From Fimbriosthenelais zetlandica (taxonomy: Eukaryota), in NCBI GenBank assembly GCA_977030845.1, contig OZ365111.1, forward strand, positions 21,266,001 through 21,330,000: a stretch of 64,000 nt of DNA, given 5' to 3'. Positions within the stretch are counted from its first letter, which is position 1, and each line of letters starts with the position of its first letter. This document shows positions 50,801-64,000 of the stretch, in pieces. Both the position numbers and the translations under genes were made by a program. Below the pieces are notes generated by a model. It worked only from the letters and a program-made list of their open reading frames with translations, was not told the DNA's origin and ran no database searches.

Positions 50801-53800
50801 AAGATAAAGACGGTAAAGATGCGGCCAAACCCTCCCACCCACCTGGCATCCCCACTCCTGCTGAACAGAAAACTTCAGAGAACGATTTTGACTTCAATGA
50901 CTTCTTCAAGTCATTTGACAATATCCCGGGGCTCGGGGTAAGTGTAAGTGCTAAAACTATAATAACTCTTCCTTTAGTATTATAGATATATAAAATTATC
51001 ATCTTTATTGAGCTCTGTTTTGATTATGAAGTGTGGTACAAGTTTTTTTTCATAGATAGTACCAAAGATCCACTTGAATGTACATTCAATGATTGTATAA
51101 AAGTATGGTTTCAAGTTGATGTAGTCAAATAACACATCACAGCTTTGTTAAAGCTTGAAAAAGTAGGTACATGTATGAGGGCGGTATATTATAATAATCC
51201 CTGATTCGGTGGTGTCTCGAAAATATAATTTCTTTAATCAGAGGAATTATGCACAATGGATGGTTCCAAGTACCTGGAAGTATGTGCAGTATTCAGAGAC
51301 CCTGTGTCCATTTATTTCAGTTTTTACTGTAGATAACACGCTGGTGTTTAATTATTTTCAGGACCTTACCCCTCAGCCGGACAGTACCGGACCAGTGAGT
51401 GGCAGCCGCTTCAGTCAGTGGTTCAACGCTGCAAGTAACAGCGCTGGTAACAGCCAGCCCAACAGTCGGCGATCCTCCATCAACGAGGAGTTCAGCTATC
51501 TGGCAGGTAAGCTGTTTTTTCCCATTAATCTATTTATTCAGCAGGTGCAACAGATTGAAAGACAAAATGCAGTTGCAGCAAACCATATTAAGTCCTATAT
51601 AGTTTATAAACACTCTAATGCGCTGAAATTATTTATTAATAAGTCCACCTTTGTTTTTAAAAACCTGCAATGAAATGATGCAATGAAAAAAAAATTGGGT
51701 TTAAGATCATGGAAATATGTTAAGAACTTAGAATTGCATTAAAATTCAATTTTATTTCATTCACGTAGAATGTGCAGTTTAATTCAAGTAAACAAAATTT
51801 GAAATTAAATATAAACAAACCAGGGGTAAACAAAACATTAAACTGCTGGAAAATGGTCATTTGTAAGTTAATTTGTTTTATTTTAAATTCAGACTTGGTG
51901 GGTGGACCCGCTGTCAAAAGTCCAAAGGTGATGTCACCCATCCCTGCGACCATAGACAGCCGTCTCTTCTCACCCATCAGTACACCAGAGGAACGCCAGC
52001 AGCAGAACATCCTGGACATGCTTCATAACTCCAAACTCAATGTCCAACCACTGGCCAATGTCCAGCCTGGTCAGCAGATGAACCATGCTGCCATGCACCA
52101 CCGCCAGGCACCTCCCATGAACATGCCTGGACACTTCATGAACAAGATGTCCAAGCCTGAAAGTAAGTTGCGTTTCATAAAATAATTATAATGCAATGAT
52201 ATACCTTTCATATTGTGATTAAGTCATAACTAGTGAGCATTTTGGAAGTGTCTTATATTGGGAGAAAAGTAAATTGTCTTCACAAATATTCCTATTTAAT
52301 GTTCATTATTGCTATCTTAGTTTATGAGAAAAGTTGTGATCTTAATGAAAAGGATGAAAAATCTAAATTTTAAATATCTGCCTTGTGGTGAATATGATAG
52401 ATGATTTCGACGTTGATAATGTATAATGCTTGAGGTTTTTGGAGAAAGTTTTAATTTAATTTAATAAATACATGTAAATGTTATTTCTTTCAGTGCCCCA
52501 AGGGCTGCTTGCCAGTGATGTAGAGCGTGATCTAAAAGCTCTGCTCATGCCGGGCAACAAAGGGAATAATGCTGGATCCGAGATGAACCAAGCCCCAGTA
52601 CCCAACCCACACATGCCACCTCTCAGTAAGTATATTCCATCCCAATTAAGGGTAAACTAATTAATAGGAACTGCATAGAAAATGGAAAATTTGATTTTAA
52701 AAAAACCAGGAAAATAAGGTAGCTCAAACTTGCGATAAATCGCAAATTCATGCCACGGATGGTAAAAACCTGGTTATTTTGTTTCTGGTGGACCTATATT
52801 TTTTAGGGCTAGGTTCCCGTTCTAAAGCAGTATCCTAAGATTCAATCTTGTTTTCAGGTTTAGATTTTAGATCTGGGGAAAAACGCAGCGAAAAAAATGC
52901 ATACCGTGTACTCGTCATACTGTGCCCGGCATACCCCTTACTTGGGAGGACTTATTAAGCGCCCTTGTGCTTTTCGCCTGAATTATATACAATAGCAACC
53001 GCGGCTAGTAAAATAATACTGCAGATAATTAGAAATAAGATACAGACAAAAAGTAAATAACAATCTTGATAATTCAGAACGTTGGATTCAACACGGGAAC
53101 TCCAACATTCGTGGAATGAATGTTTCCAACCCGGAAGGTATGTCCGCCGAATTCAACTGCTCAACTTGGGTTGATTGAAAAAAAAAAAACATTCTTAACA
53201 TTCACTTCTTAATTCCTTTGATCATTGGGTAGTGAAATACCCAGTCTGATTTGAACTGGATTTCGATTAAATATCGTCATCAATTTAGCCTTTCCAATCT
53301 TGCATGCTTGTTAGATTCTTGATTCTAAAAGTCTCTCATGAGGATTCTAGCTCCATTTTGTTTGGAATTGTCTGTGACCATCCCGAGATAGTTTTAGCTT
53401 GTAGTTCAGCTTTCTTGGAAGGAAAGAATAGAACTTTGCATGTGTTTTTATCAATCGATGTATATTTAGGTTTAAATAGACCCGCTGAAGATTTTATGTG
53501 GTATTTTCTACAGTCCCCTTTCCTCGAGTTTTTCAAATCTCAATGTCGTCTATGAATGATGCATGGGTGTTTTACAACCGAAGACTAGAAATATATGCTT
53601 CTCTTCCTTGAATTTCCTAGAGTACCTTGGCTTTAGCAGTATTCAGTACGGTACACATGCCACCTAATGCTTGTCTTTATAATCTCGTGACATTTTCATT
53701 CTTCATCAATTCCCATGATAATTCATGGTAATTTCTCCAGAAATTGGTCTTTACTTCCATGGGTTGTGCTGTTGTATATTGTTTCATTTCTTTCATCAAC

Positions 53801-56800
53801 GGCGCCAAAATGCTCAAATAATTTGCATATGGTCCTCCTAGAATAAGAAATATTCCCATATTCATGATGCCGGTTGTATTTTTGTTGAAACAGTCATTGA
53901 TATACCTTCTTTTTATCTGTCATACTACATTGAACCAAAACCATGATGTTCCTAGTTGTATAGGAGGAACTATGTATATTTCTGGACCTTGTTGAGATTT
54001 TTCTCAGTAAGGTGTTGGGTATTTAGGGACAAATGTTTTCCGGTTACATTGGACTTGGTCATTTTCTTCTGGAAGTTCAAAGTTGTTCAAAAAGTTCAAA
54101 CCTGTTCAGAATTGGGTTGAAGACAAGATTGTCCCTTTCTTGAGTGTGTAGATTAATTCTCCATTTCAACTTTTCAGATCTGCCTATCCCTGGAAAAGTG
54201 ACCACAGTGGCTGAGCTGGAGGCCAATATGAAAGAGATGAGTATTGCCAACAACAACCAGGTACAACAACAGATGAAACATGCGCAACAGCACCACCAGC
54301 AACAACAACAACAGCAACAGCAGTACCAAGTGCCACCGCAGCACATGAACCACATCTCTCAACAGATTCAGCAGATGCAGCAGAAATCTCAGCAACAGCA
54401 ACAACAGGCTGTTCAACAACATCAACAGCAACAGCAGCTGCAGAAGACTGAGGCTGATATGTCTGCCTTTAACAAACTGCTGGGCATGATGAAAATGACA
54501 GGCGCCCTAAATGAGACGCCGAAAATGCCGGTAAGGTTATTTGTATTTATTTATATGCCCACCCTGTTTCCCTTTCGAAAATTATTACCCTTTCCATTGT
54601 AATGCCTTGACGTTTGAATAAATATTTTTTATCCTTGAAGCGTAAAGCTGATGGTCGCCCACTCTCACCTATTTCTGTGGCACCTGTAGTCAAGGATCAG
54701 CAGGCCTCTCAACAACAGAAAGACATGCTGCAGGTGAGAATTGTACCTATTATGATAAAAAAAAAAACAATTAAAAATAAACTATAGTACTTACTTCATC
54801 AAAGCGTTTGTCCACCCAGTGCTGCTAACTGGGATATTGATCAATGGCCGGTCATGCCTTTCACTGTCTAAGAGGCATATGTGAATGTAAAAAAATAAGA
54901 CCTGAGATAGCTTTAAAAAAAAGACCATTCACCCTACCATTCACCCTCCTATATATAATTATCCCCATCACTTGAGTTAACATTTCTTGTCTCTCGTCAG
55001 AAGTTGTTGGCCCAGAAGCAGCAGAAACAGCTGCAGCAGCAGCAGGCTCAGGTGGCCAAGTTCAAACAGCAGCAGCAGATCCAGGAGCAGATCCTCAAGT
55101 TTGTCAAACAGAACCCAACCATCATCACCAAGCCGGCCTCTCCCATCCCTCCACAGATGGCGGCCACTCTACAGCCGGGCAACTCTCCACGCTGCGCCTC
55201 GCCAGCCGTACCCACACTGTCTGTACCCAACCCGCCCTCCCCGAGAGCTCCCTCACCTATAAGTGAGTTCACATTATAATTATCCTGGTCTACCCAGCAT
55301 ACGAAGAAAAGAAAGAAAAAAATGGTTAAGTTACTTACATTGAAAAGGAAAGAGTTTAGCAAATACAATGAAATGTTCATGACAACATGGGCTTGTTACA
55401 TCAAAGCAAATGATTAATATTGAGACATTACTTGTGTGTCCCAATTCGTTTTCTTTGGTAAAAGTGTTTATCAATTAGAATAAAGAATCCCTCGATAAGC
55501 GTAGAATACTTGAGATTGGAAAAGTGTAAAAATCAAGGTACCAGGGCATTGGAAAATTAATATGCCTTGGTTCATGTATGTAATGTATTCTTTTTATGAA
55601 AAATGTCACTGATGAAGTCTTCCTCTGTAAATTCTCTCTAAACATACTGTATTTTCTCCTTTTCAAATCGTCATCGCTGTTGTAACTTGCTGTTTTATTT
55701 TGCAGTGTTTGGCAGTCAGCCGCCTCTTCACCTCACAGCGCCTGCTCCCATTCATCCTGGTCAACTCCAGCCCCAGGCTAACAGCCAGAACCTCAACACT
55801 CTACAAGTCAACCAAGTATGGCTACTCTATATACTCTATCTTAAAGAATATTTAGTATTTACTATAGTGTATGTTGTGACTTGAACTGCCCGATTTCGAG
55901 AAGTAAAAAAACCAGTAAATACACAGGAAAACTATCCATGTGGCGAAGCAAAAAATATTTATTTTTTTAGTTATTTGTAGGGTTTTGTGGATTGTCTCGG
56001 CAAATTAAATTTATAAACAATACCCAGCTTGTTTACAGCGTTATATCTCATGGTTAATTTCTTCAAAATGTTAAATATTTTTCCTAAATGTAACAATGTT
56101 GATTTCTTATTACAGGGAGCCCAGTCACCTGTGACGGCCCGCATTCCCTCGCCCCAGGAGCTGATTGTCCACACACAGGCCATCATGCAGAATGCTCTCA
56201 TCAAGAAACAACTGGAGGACCAGAAGGAACGCTTCCTAAAGAAGCAACAAGATTGGTATGTCTCCAATCATAACTTTCATGTCTTTGTCATTTCAAAAGT
56301 TTCTTTCTTCAGTTATCTATTCGTCAGTACGTTACATATAGGCAAAAGTTTTTATCCGAAGTTCACAACACAAGTTAAACAGTAATGGAAATCATATACC
56401 CCTCCTATTCTCATTTTATGGTTAGTCAATTGTAAGTATCTATTTTCCGCTGGCGAAAATTTGAACGTCTTCGCATTGTTCTTTTTTTTTCAGCACTCGT
56501 GCAAAATCACCCAACATGATCTCTGGAGCCGTTCAGAATTCGGTCCCTCCAACAATTCAGGTAAGTTTTATTTCCACTTAAAGTTAAAAGTTAAAGTTTC
56601 CTGGAAAATGTAAAAAAAAAAAAAAAAGAAGAAGAAAATATTCAAATTGAATTTAGTGTCCATGTGGAATTGTACTCTCGAGGCCTCCGATATCTTAGAT
56701 TTTTCTTCATAAATACGTAAGCATAAATCTCATAAATTTCGGATTTTTACCAAATCTCGTACCATATATACACAGGAGGATCCCAATGAAGACTGTTGCT

Positions 56801-59800
56801 CTGAGACCTCTGCCTCATCTGCCCCAAAGACCCCAGCCACCGCCCCTGTGATGCCCACCCCGATGACCCCGCTCCACCCCGGCCCACCCACCCCACGCTC
56901 AGCTCCCGCTCTCCCTCCCGGCTATGCCCGTCACCCCATGTTCACTAGTACCCCGACCCAGGGCAAGGTTAACCCCTTCATGGCCTCTTTTCCGGGTACC
57001 GACGAACCTGGTACCCCTACCACCCCGAGTACCCCATCCTACAAGGTAAACGACTAGTAGATAAGAATTGTACCTAACTAAGATAAGTTGTTCATTTCCT
57101 TCGTAGGCAAGATCATTGGGAATTCTGGGAAAGTTGTCTAGCACTTGAATTTATGGTTCAACACATTGATTCTGAACTTTTGGGTCGTTAACATGACTTA
57201 TGTTGGGCTCTTCCAAGCTCTGAAGAGTTCCTCAATTGCTTGGTTGTGTATTGATCGTTGCCCTTACCAGGGATATGGCTAATTTTATATTCATTGTATA
57301 ACTCGATTTTAGCCAATTTCTTAATTGAAGAAAGAAAATTCATTGGGTATCAACTTTCCCTTTTAAATTACAATGTACCATTAAGTACTGTACAAGAAAA
57401 ATTTATCAAAATATTTGGATCTTGGTTAACTTGCAGATCACTAATGACGCTAACAAAATGTTCCCAGTTGCATAATGATTTTGGTGCATGTACACTTGTT
57501 AGGCCTGGACTATGGGGTATCTGTTCTGTATTGACGAAAAGCTTTAAAAGTAACAATTGGTAAATTATCAAAACATTTAAGATTTTAAAATCTGCCGTGG
57601 ACCAGTCATTGTTTCAAAATCTCAAGATAAAGTTCCAAGCTAAATGGTTTCTATGAACGATGCTGGTTTCTAATGATCATGACTGGTTTCTCTGAACTTT
57701 ACTGGTTTCTATGAACATACATTTAGTAGTTTCTATGGCCTTGACTGGTTTCTATGACCATGGCTTGTTTCTAATGAACATGACTGATTTATATATCGGC
57801 CATGACTCACTGGATTCTAATGATCATACTGGTTTCTTCTATTCAGGCGGCTGTCACCCCTGCCTTCACCCCCACATCTGTGATTCGTAAAATGGCTAAC
57901 GAGAAGGCTGAGAAGGAGGAAAAAGAGCGGAGTCGCACTGATTCTAACCTTCAATTAATGGGTAAGTAACACAGGCTTTTGTGAACTGTAACTGGTAACA
58001 CCTGACGCATGTGACTAACATGCTTGTGCTAGAAATTTTCTTTTTCAGCGAAAATCATTGCAGAAAGATTGATTGCTTCTTAGATATTCTGCACTTTTGA
58101 GATTAATCAGTAATTGCCAAGAGATCTGAAAGAATAGGAAAATAAACACATTTGGCTAAATTGGCCATTTGGGTGGTTTTAGATGATTTGAAAAGGTTGT
58201 ACAAAAATGTTTAATCCTTAGCGTCTTGGTCCTAAAAATGTTTTCCAAACTTTGTAGAGTGTATGGAGTTCATTCTCTAGGGGGAAAACATGTTACAGGC
58301 TTTTGCCCAAACAACGTCCAAGTAAATAATCAAACACTCATTTGGGTTGAAAACTTTGTCAAATTGTAGGAATCCTATTTAGATTTTTGAGAACAGACCC
58401 AAGCTTCTCTTTCACAAATGTTCAAAATTGATTAACCAAACCCAACTCTTCAATATAATTATTTTATGTAACTTGAATGGGCTGAGAGCACTAGGGAAGG
58501 GATCAGTTTTCATTAGCAGGCACCGAGGCTTACTTCTTGCGTTTTACATGTATTTGTCACTGTTTAAGCGAGATGCACCCCTATAAGTAAGAGAGTGACC
58601 TGTATGGATATTTTGGTTGGCTTGGTTATGAGGTGCTTGGTGTTGGTTCTGCAGGCTCTCCGGAACACCGCCCTCCGCCCATCGTCCTCCAGCTGGTCCA
58701 GCCTGACCGTGACACACCTACTGAACTCATGTCTGCCCCGCCCCCTCCTCCCCCCTCCATCGGTTCATCCTACATTCCGGCCTGCACGGCACTCAATTCC
58801 TTCCATCTCTCCTCCACCCCTTGTGTGTCCGTCTCATGCGAAGACAATAGCACCATCACTTTGGTTGTTCCCAACCGTGGGCCGCAGCTCCCCTGCCCGA
58901 GCGTGGACCTTAGCAGTCACTGCGGGGCCCAACCGCCCATGAGTTTGGCTACGGGTGGGGCGGCTGCGGCCGGGGGAGACGGGGGTGTGGCTGGTGCCGC
59001 GGAGGGCTCGGGGCTCTTCATGGAGGCTCCCTCCGCCGGGGCTGGTGCCAGCATCATGGTGACTTCACCAGGTGAGGCGACAGTACCCACACTACCACTT
59101 GTTTTTTTACCATATTTTACCGTTCACCAGTTCAGTATTGTTTTTTGATCTTTTCATCCGTTTCTTATTGCTGTCGCATGGCATGTACCAGTTATATTGT
59201 GGTATCACTATTATCCACAGTTCCCCACCCCTTCCCTCCGTCAACGGCTGCTTTCATCCATACTACTTCCTTGATGTACCTATTCTTATCATTCAGACGT
59301 GTCAAGTAATTGTAGGTGGTTACACCGGTAGCGTGTTTCCACCTGCTCCGATAGTACCCAGTCCTAAGTTGTTAAATTGTGTGATGAATTATAATACTTG
59401 TTTATGATTTAATGATGAAATTTAAACAAAGATTATTACGAAGATTGAAGAGTAGAAGAAGGAATTGTGAAAATGCCTCGTCCACTTATTTCTGTCAGTT
59501 TAAAAAAAGAAATAAGAGACTAACAGTCTTTGTGTTTCTAATAAGGACTGGGTGAAAGCTGTGCAGAAAATATTTGTCGTTTCTTACCATTATACCTTCC
59601 TGTTCCAATTTCTCCATTCTGTGTTGACTGTTTCTCATAATTCGGTAGACCTGTGTCATACTGTATTCCCAAAATCTTTTTCCTTAGATTTGTGCTGATC
59701 AATTCCTGACTGAACCGAAATAATTTTTTTCCAGATGGAAAAATAAATATTCATCTCTTTTGAATTTATGTTCGTGGGCTTGTTTATACCCCTACTTATG

Positions 59801-62516
59801 ACTGTTTCCATGTTTAAATATTTACCTCAGACTCTTTTCTGAGAATTGATATGGCTTTTAACCTAACCTGGTTCTTAGTTTTTAACATCCCTGGTTAGTT
59901 TCGTGCTCGTACTTTCAGCGTGAAACCAATATCTGTTATATTTTCCACGTTCAATTAACATTTAATCTGTACCACTAACTCTTTGTGAAATTTGTTATGA
60001 GAGCTTATACAGCTGGCTTATAGATCGTGCCATAGGTTTTCAATGTTTTCTCCCATTTTTGTACAGATAATCTTATAGATCTGTAGATAGCAAGTTTGAA
60101 AGAAAATGTAGTTATATACGTTTTTAGATTCTAGATACCTTGCCTAGGGCTTTTTACCAAGTAAAAATATCGACTGTTGCAGAACAGGCTACAAAGCTTT
60201 GCGTAGACCATATTGCCCATATAAAAAATAAATTATCAATATGGCCACAGAGAAGAACATTTTTGAAACGTTCATTGTTTTGCTTTGCTCTAGGTGCCAG
60301 TGGTCCTACGTTCAGTCAGAAACAAGATATGTCCAAACCGTTACAACTGTTGACGAGCCAGCCGGGCATCAATACTAGCACTACATTGTCTCAGATGCAG
60401 CAAGGCAGGCCAATTGTTAAGGGTAAGTTTTACAGCACAAAACTACAGACCAAGTCAATAATTCACTGCTTATCATTTACCGGGAGCGATCGCTTTCACT
60501 TCCTTAAGCTCTCGTAAATTGCATGTCAAAAGAGCAAGTCAATACCCTTGAACCAGAACGGACCCCTGATATGAATAAAAAACAATCAAATTGATGATCC
60601 ACATTTACCCTGGTATTCTGATAAGATTTGGCAAGTCACACTGCAATGTATTGAGTAGAAAATCTGTACGCATTTTTTAAAACATAACATTTATAAGTAT
60701 TTTAGTAAATCTAACTATATCCTTGGTAGGTCTACTGTTTATTATGAGAAAAATCGACTAATGATCATATGAAATTTCAGGTGTTTCTATACAGCCTGGC
60801 CAAAACCAGAGACCACTCCACCCCGGTGTCGGACCCATGAAACCCGAGTCGGCATCCCGGCCAATCATGGGTTCCGCCCAGCAACAACAACAGCAGAATG
60901 TTGATCTAGTCAAACTGATGGAGCATCAGCGCATGCAGCAACAGCAAGTTCAGCAACAGCAGGCACAACAGCAACGGCAGGCCTCCCTGTCCCCGGCCAG
61001 CCCCAACGTGCAGCGTGCTGCTGGGAGTAACTTTGGTGTGGCCATCACAGGCCGTATGGGTCACTCCCCGACCCCAATGGTGCACCCAGCTAACAATCCC
61101 AACTCAGCTAATGCTCTCCTTCTACAGAGGATGCTCAGCTCCAACCTGCAAACTTCTCCTAACTCTCCAAGGCCAGGTGAGTGTCTGATCCAATGGAACC
61201 TCTCTATAACGTTCATCGTTGATTCCGAAATTGACCAAAGTGACCGCTTTAGGGGGTGGTCGGTTTAGGGGCAGTCGGATGTGGGTGGTCGAGAGCACTT
61301 TACTGTACATGATATAATAAATGGAAACATGATAAGAATTTGTTTTTCTCCATTTAGCTGGTCTTCAACAAGTGAACCAGCTGCAGCAGATGAACCAAGT
61401 GAACCAGCTTGCTGCACTGCAGGCGCAGGCAGCCCAGAACCAGCAGCAGCAACGATCACTCGACCCTCGTATTCAGAATGCTGCTGCAGCTCGTGCGACA
61501 CTACTTCCCGGTAATTTGACTTGTATATTTCATTTCATATTGCCATCAGCTTCAAATAACATTAGGCTTCCAGTGTCTTCTACCCATGAAAAATGGTCTC
61601 ATTATCCATGGGTAACCCTAGTTCCAACTCAAATAAAGTATAAAAATATTTTGAAACTAGATATATTATAAATCTAGAGGTTCATGTTTTTGAATAAGGC
61701 TGTACATTCTGCCCTTGTTTAAGAATATATTTATAATTTCCCATATTATTTATGAATATTGTTTCTAATTCCATCCGTATGTTCCTTACTTTAAAAGAAA
61801 AAATATAGCTCTTTTTCTTGGCTATTCGAATCTTGTCCCTGGCCATTCTGATATTCATTAAAACACGTTTATCTTTCTTGCAGGGCTTAGCCCAATGGTC
61901 AGCCCTAGCACACCAAGGACGGTCTCCTTCACCAACAGCCAATTTGCTGCTGCAGCTGCACTCAACGCAGCTAATAATATCTCCCGGGCACTCTCCCCCC
62001 AGCCACAGATACCACAACCCATGGTTTCACTCGGCAAAGGTAAATAAATTACATCAAATTTTATTCATTATCCAAGTTCAAAGTTTCTCACAGTGATGCA
62101 AAAATTCAAGTACAACTGTGTGGGAATTCTCTCGTAAAATAAAAGTCTATGCGATTTAGGGTTATGAATTTGGAAAACCTGGTACTGTTTAGGACTGGAT
62201 AAACCATTCACATATAAATTAAGTCCCCCAAATTAAAAAAAAAAAAAATAGAAGAAAACGTTTCAACTATTTTTTTTCTCATTCAGATGGTTTCAATGGA
62301 CCCCTATCACCAGGAGGATACAACCGAACCGCCAGCCCCAACATCTCCGCCATGCTGGGCTCACGCGGCAACCCTCTCGACAACAACCTAGCCAAGTTCT
62401 TCGGAGCCGACATCTTCAAGCAACAAATGCCAAACATGCCACCGCTGCCGGCCCAAGGCCAGCGAGTGCTCACAGTGGACGAGATTGAGCGCAGGCAGCA
62501 AATGGTCACTAACTAA
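47889..62516 (+). CDS. EIF4ENIF1: eIF4E transporter (4E-T), multi-exon and Gln/Pro-rich
   Basis: Spliced translation gives the eIF4E-binding YxxxxL-phi motif (YGR|DELL), [61 protein letters not shown] and the C-terminal [14 protein letters not shown] at 47889; TAA at 62514-62516. Confidence 0.93.
49490..49735 (+). repeat. Arg-Asp dipeptide repeat tract in a 4E-T exon
   Basis: [40 protein letters not shown]... within exon 49437-49752. Confidence 0.9.
54255..54445 (+). repeat. CAG/CAA poly-glutamine-rich coding tract in 4E-T
   Basis: [20 protein letters not shown]...[16 protein letters not shown]. Further Q-runs lie at ~55016-55090 and ~60878-60980. Confidence 0.9.
57645..57835. repeat. Degenerate intronic minisatellite (~20-25 bp unit, core ctggtttcta..tga)
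   Basis: About eight imperfect units such as gctggtttctaatgatcat, gactggtttctctgaac and actggtttctatgaac, ending at the acceptor at ~57846. Confidence 0.7.
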
Positions 62517-62967
62517 AAGAAAAAAGATGATGTTGTCCGTATAACTCGTAACAACTCTGCTGTTCATTAAGGTTTTTTGGGGTTTTTTTTTGGTTGATTA
62601 TTTTGAGGCCCCGTCCACTGCTTCACGGGGCGCTATGACCAGATGCTGCCGTTGGCGGACATTGAAAGGTAGTCATATATAAATATGGTTGTTGCGTGTT
62701 CGAGAATTGAAGGGAATCTTCCTGCGTTGATAAGGTGGATGATGGCAGCTTACCTAGTGAAGCATGTTAAGTCTGTAATGGGAAACGGGTGTCCACGTCC
62801 TGGAGAACATGTACCTACTATGTATAAATTCCTCTAAATCTCCCTTGTCTTACCTTATGGCAGACGTAGAATGAAGATATTCATGTAAATACAACTTGAC
62901 CGTGCTCCTAGTGCGCCAGTGATTTCAGTTCTCAGCTGTGGTTTTCTGTAGTAGACCTGTTGGAGTC

Positions 62968-62990
62968 ATTTTCTATCTCTCTCTCTCTCC
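62968..62990. repeat. (CT)n microsatellite in the probable 4E-T 3' UTR
   Basis: tctatctctctctctctcc seen directly. Confidence 0.7.
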
Positions 62991-64000
62991 CTACTCCTGC
63001 CTCGCCTCTCCCATGAGGGGAATCAGGGCTGGAAGATGGTTAAGTTATTGATTTAAGCGTCACTCTTCATACTTTATTCATTCAATGGCACGGTTCAGTG
63101 TTCACATTTATCAATGATATTTTTCAGTTGGAGAGAGATGGCTTAGTGTAGGCTGAGTAGCACTGTTGGTAATTATACCCATTGGGTTGAGAACAGTGAT
63201 AGGAAAGCTTGCTTGGTTGTACATACCTCTTATCCCACACACTCCTATACATTGTCAATACATTATCAAAGATGGCCTCCTCTTCTATTTAAGATTGTCA
63301 GTTTGATCTGTGTAGTACATTCCACACTAGTCCAATCACTACTTGGCTAGAATCGTTTTTTCTCCAAACACTATTATATATTAAACCTCCGATGGAGGAG
63401 TAAAAAAAATACAAAGCAAAGTTTAGATGGCAGATTTCGATGTGTATATTTTAACTTTTCTTAGTTGGTTCTTGCGTATCTGTCCGTGACCTCCTCTATG
63501 ATAGGTGAGAGATGTTTTGTATGTGTCGATGGGCATGGAGCATATGCAACCATCTCAGTGTTTCAACATGTGGTATTAATCATATGAATATATAATTATA
63601 TACATAAATATCTAGGGATTTGACGCTGCTATCAGCTCTCCATTTTGATGGGAAGTTTTTTCCATCGGATCTACCATACGTGTATGGGGAGGGTTTTACA
63701 GACTTCTCGAACGGGTGTCTTGTCATCCAAAATGAAAAAGAAAGACAATTAACCCGTCGAACAAAACTGTGCTTGCTGAATTTACTAGTGGATGTGTGAT
63801 TGGAGTATGGAATGAAACCTATATTAAAAAAGAAACCTTCAATGCCAACGGAGTATTTAAAGTTGTTGTGTATAATTATTGAACGCCAATAAGTGATTAT
63901 TGAGGGAAAAACTTAAAAATGTAGGAGCGTAGTAGATATACGTGTGTTAACAAATGGAAACTCTTTAGAGGGGTGTGTGGATCACGATTGCCAAGTGTCT

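Overview
Gene-dense, intron-rich, AT-rich genomic DNA from a metazoan, probably an invertebrate (not bacterial). Exon stitching by hand gives eight protein-coding loci. In order: (1) a minus-strand two-TM protein with a long Pro-rich tail that runs off the left edge and is mostly absent from the ORF track; (2) an ankyrin-repeat/SOCS-box (ASB-like) gene; (3) a TYW1-like gene encoding only the membrane anchor and flavodoxin domain; (4) a HIRIP3-like Lys/Ser/Glu-rich protein with 140-aa tandem repeats; (5) GPN3; (6) ARPC3; (7) DRG1; (8) EIF4ENIF1 (4E-T). Three copies of a ~2.2 kb non-autonomous element and two small inverted-repeat elements are also present. The main discovery candidate is the ASB-like gene: four shared ankyrin exons end in one phase-1 donor, followed by three large, divergent exons that each have a phase-1 acceptor, a SOCS box, a Cys-x-Cys tail and a stop, i.e. 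a likely array of mutually exclusive terminal exons making three E3-ligase adaptor isoforms. The second is an inverted pair of the 2.2 kb element flanking four exons of the radical-SAM-less TYW1-like gene. All gene names come from remembered family motifs; no database search was run.
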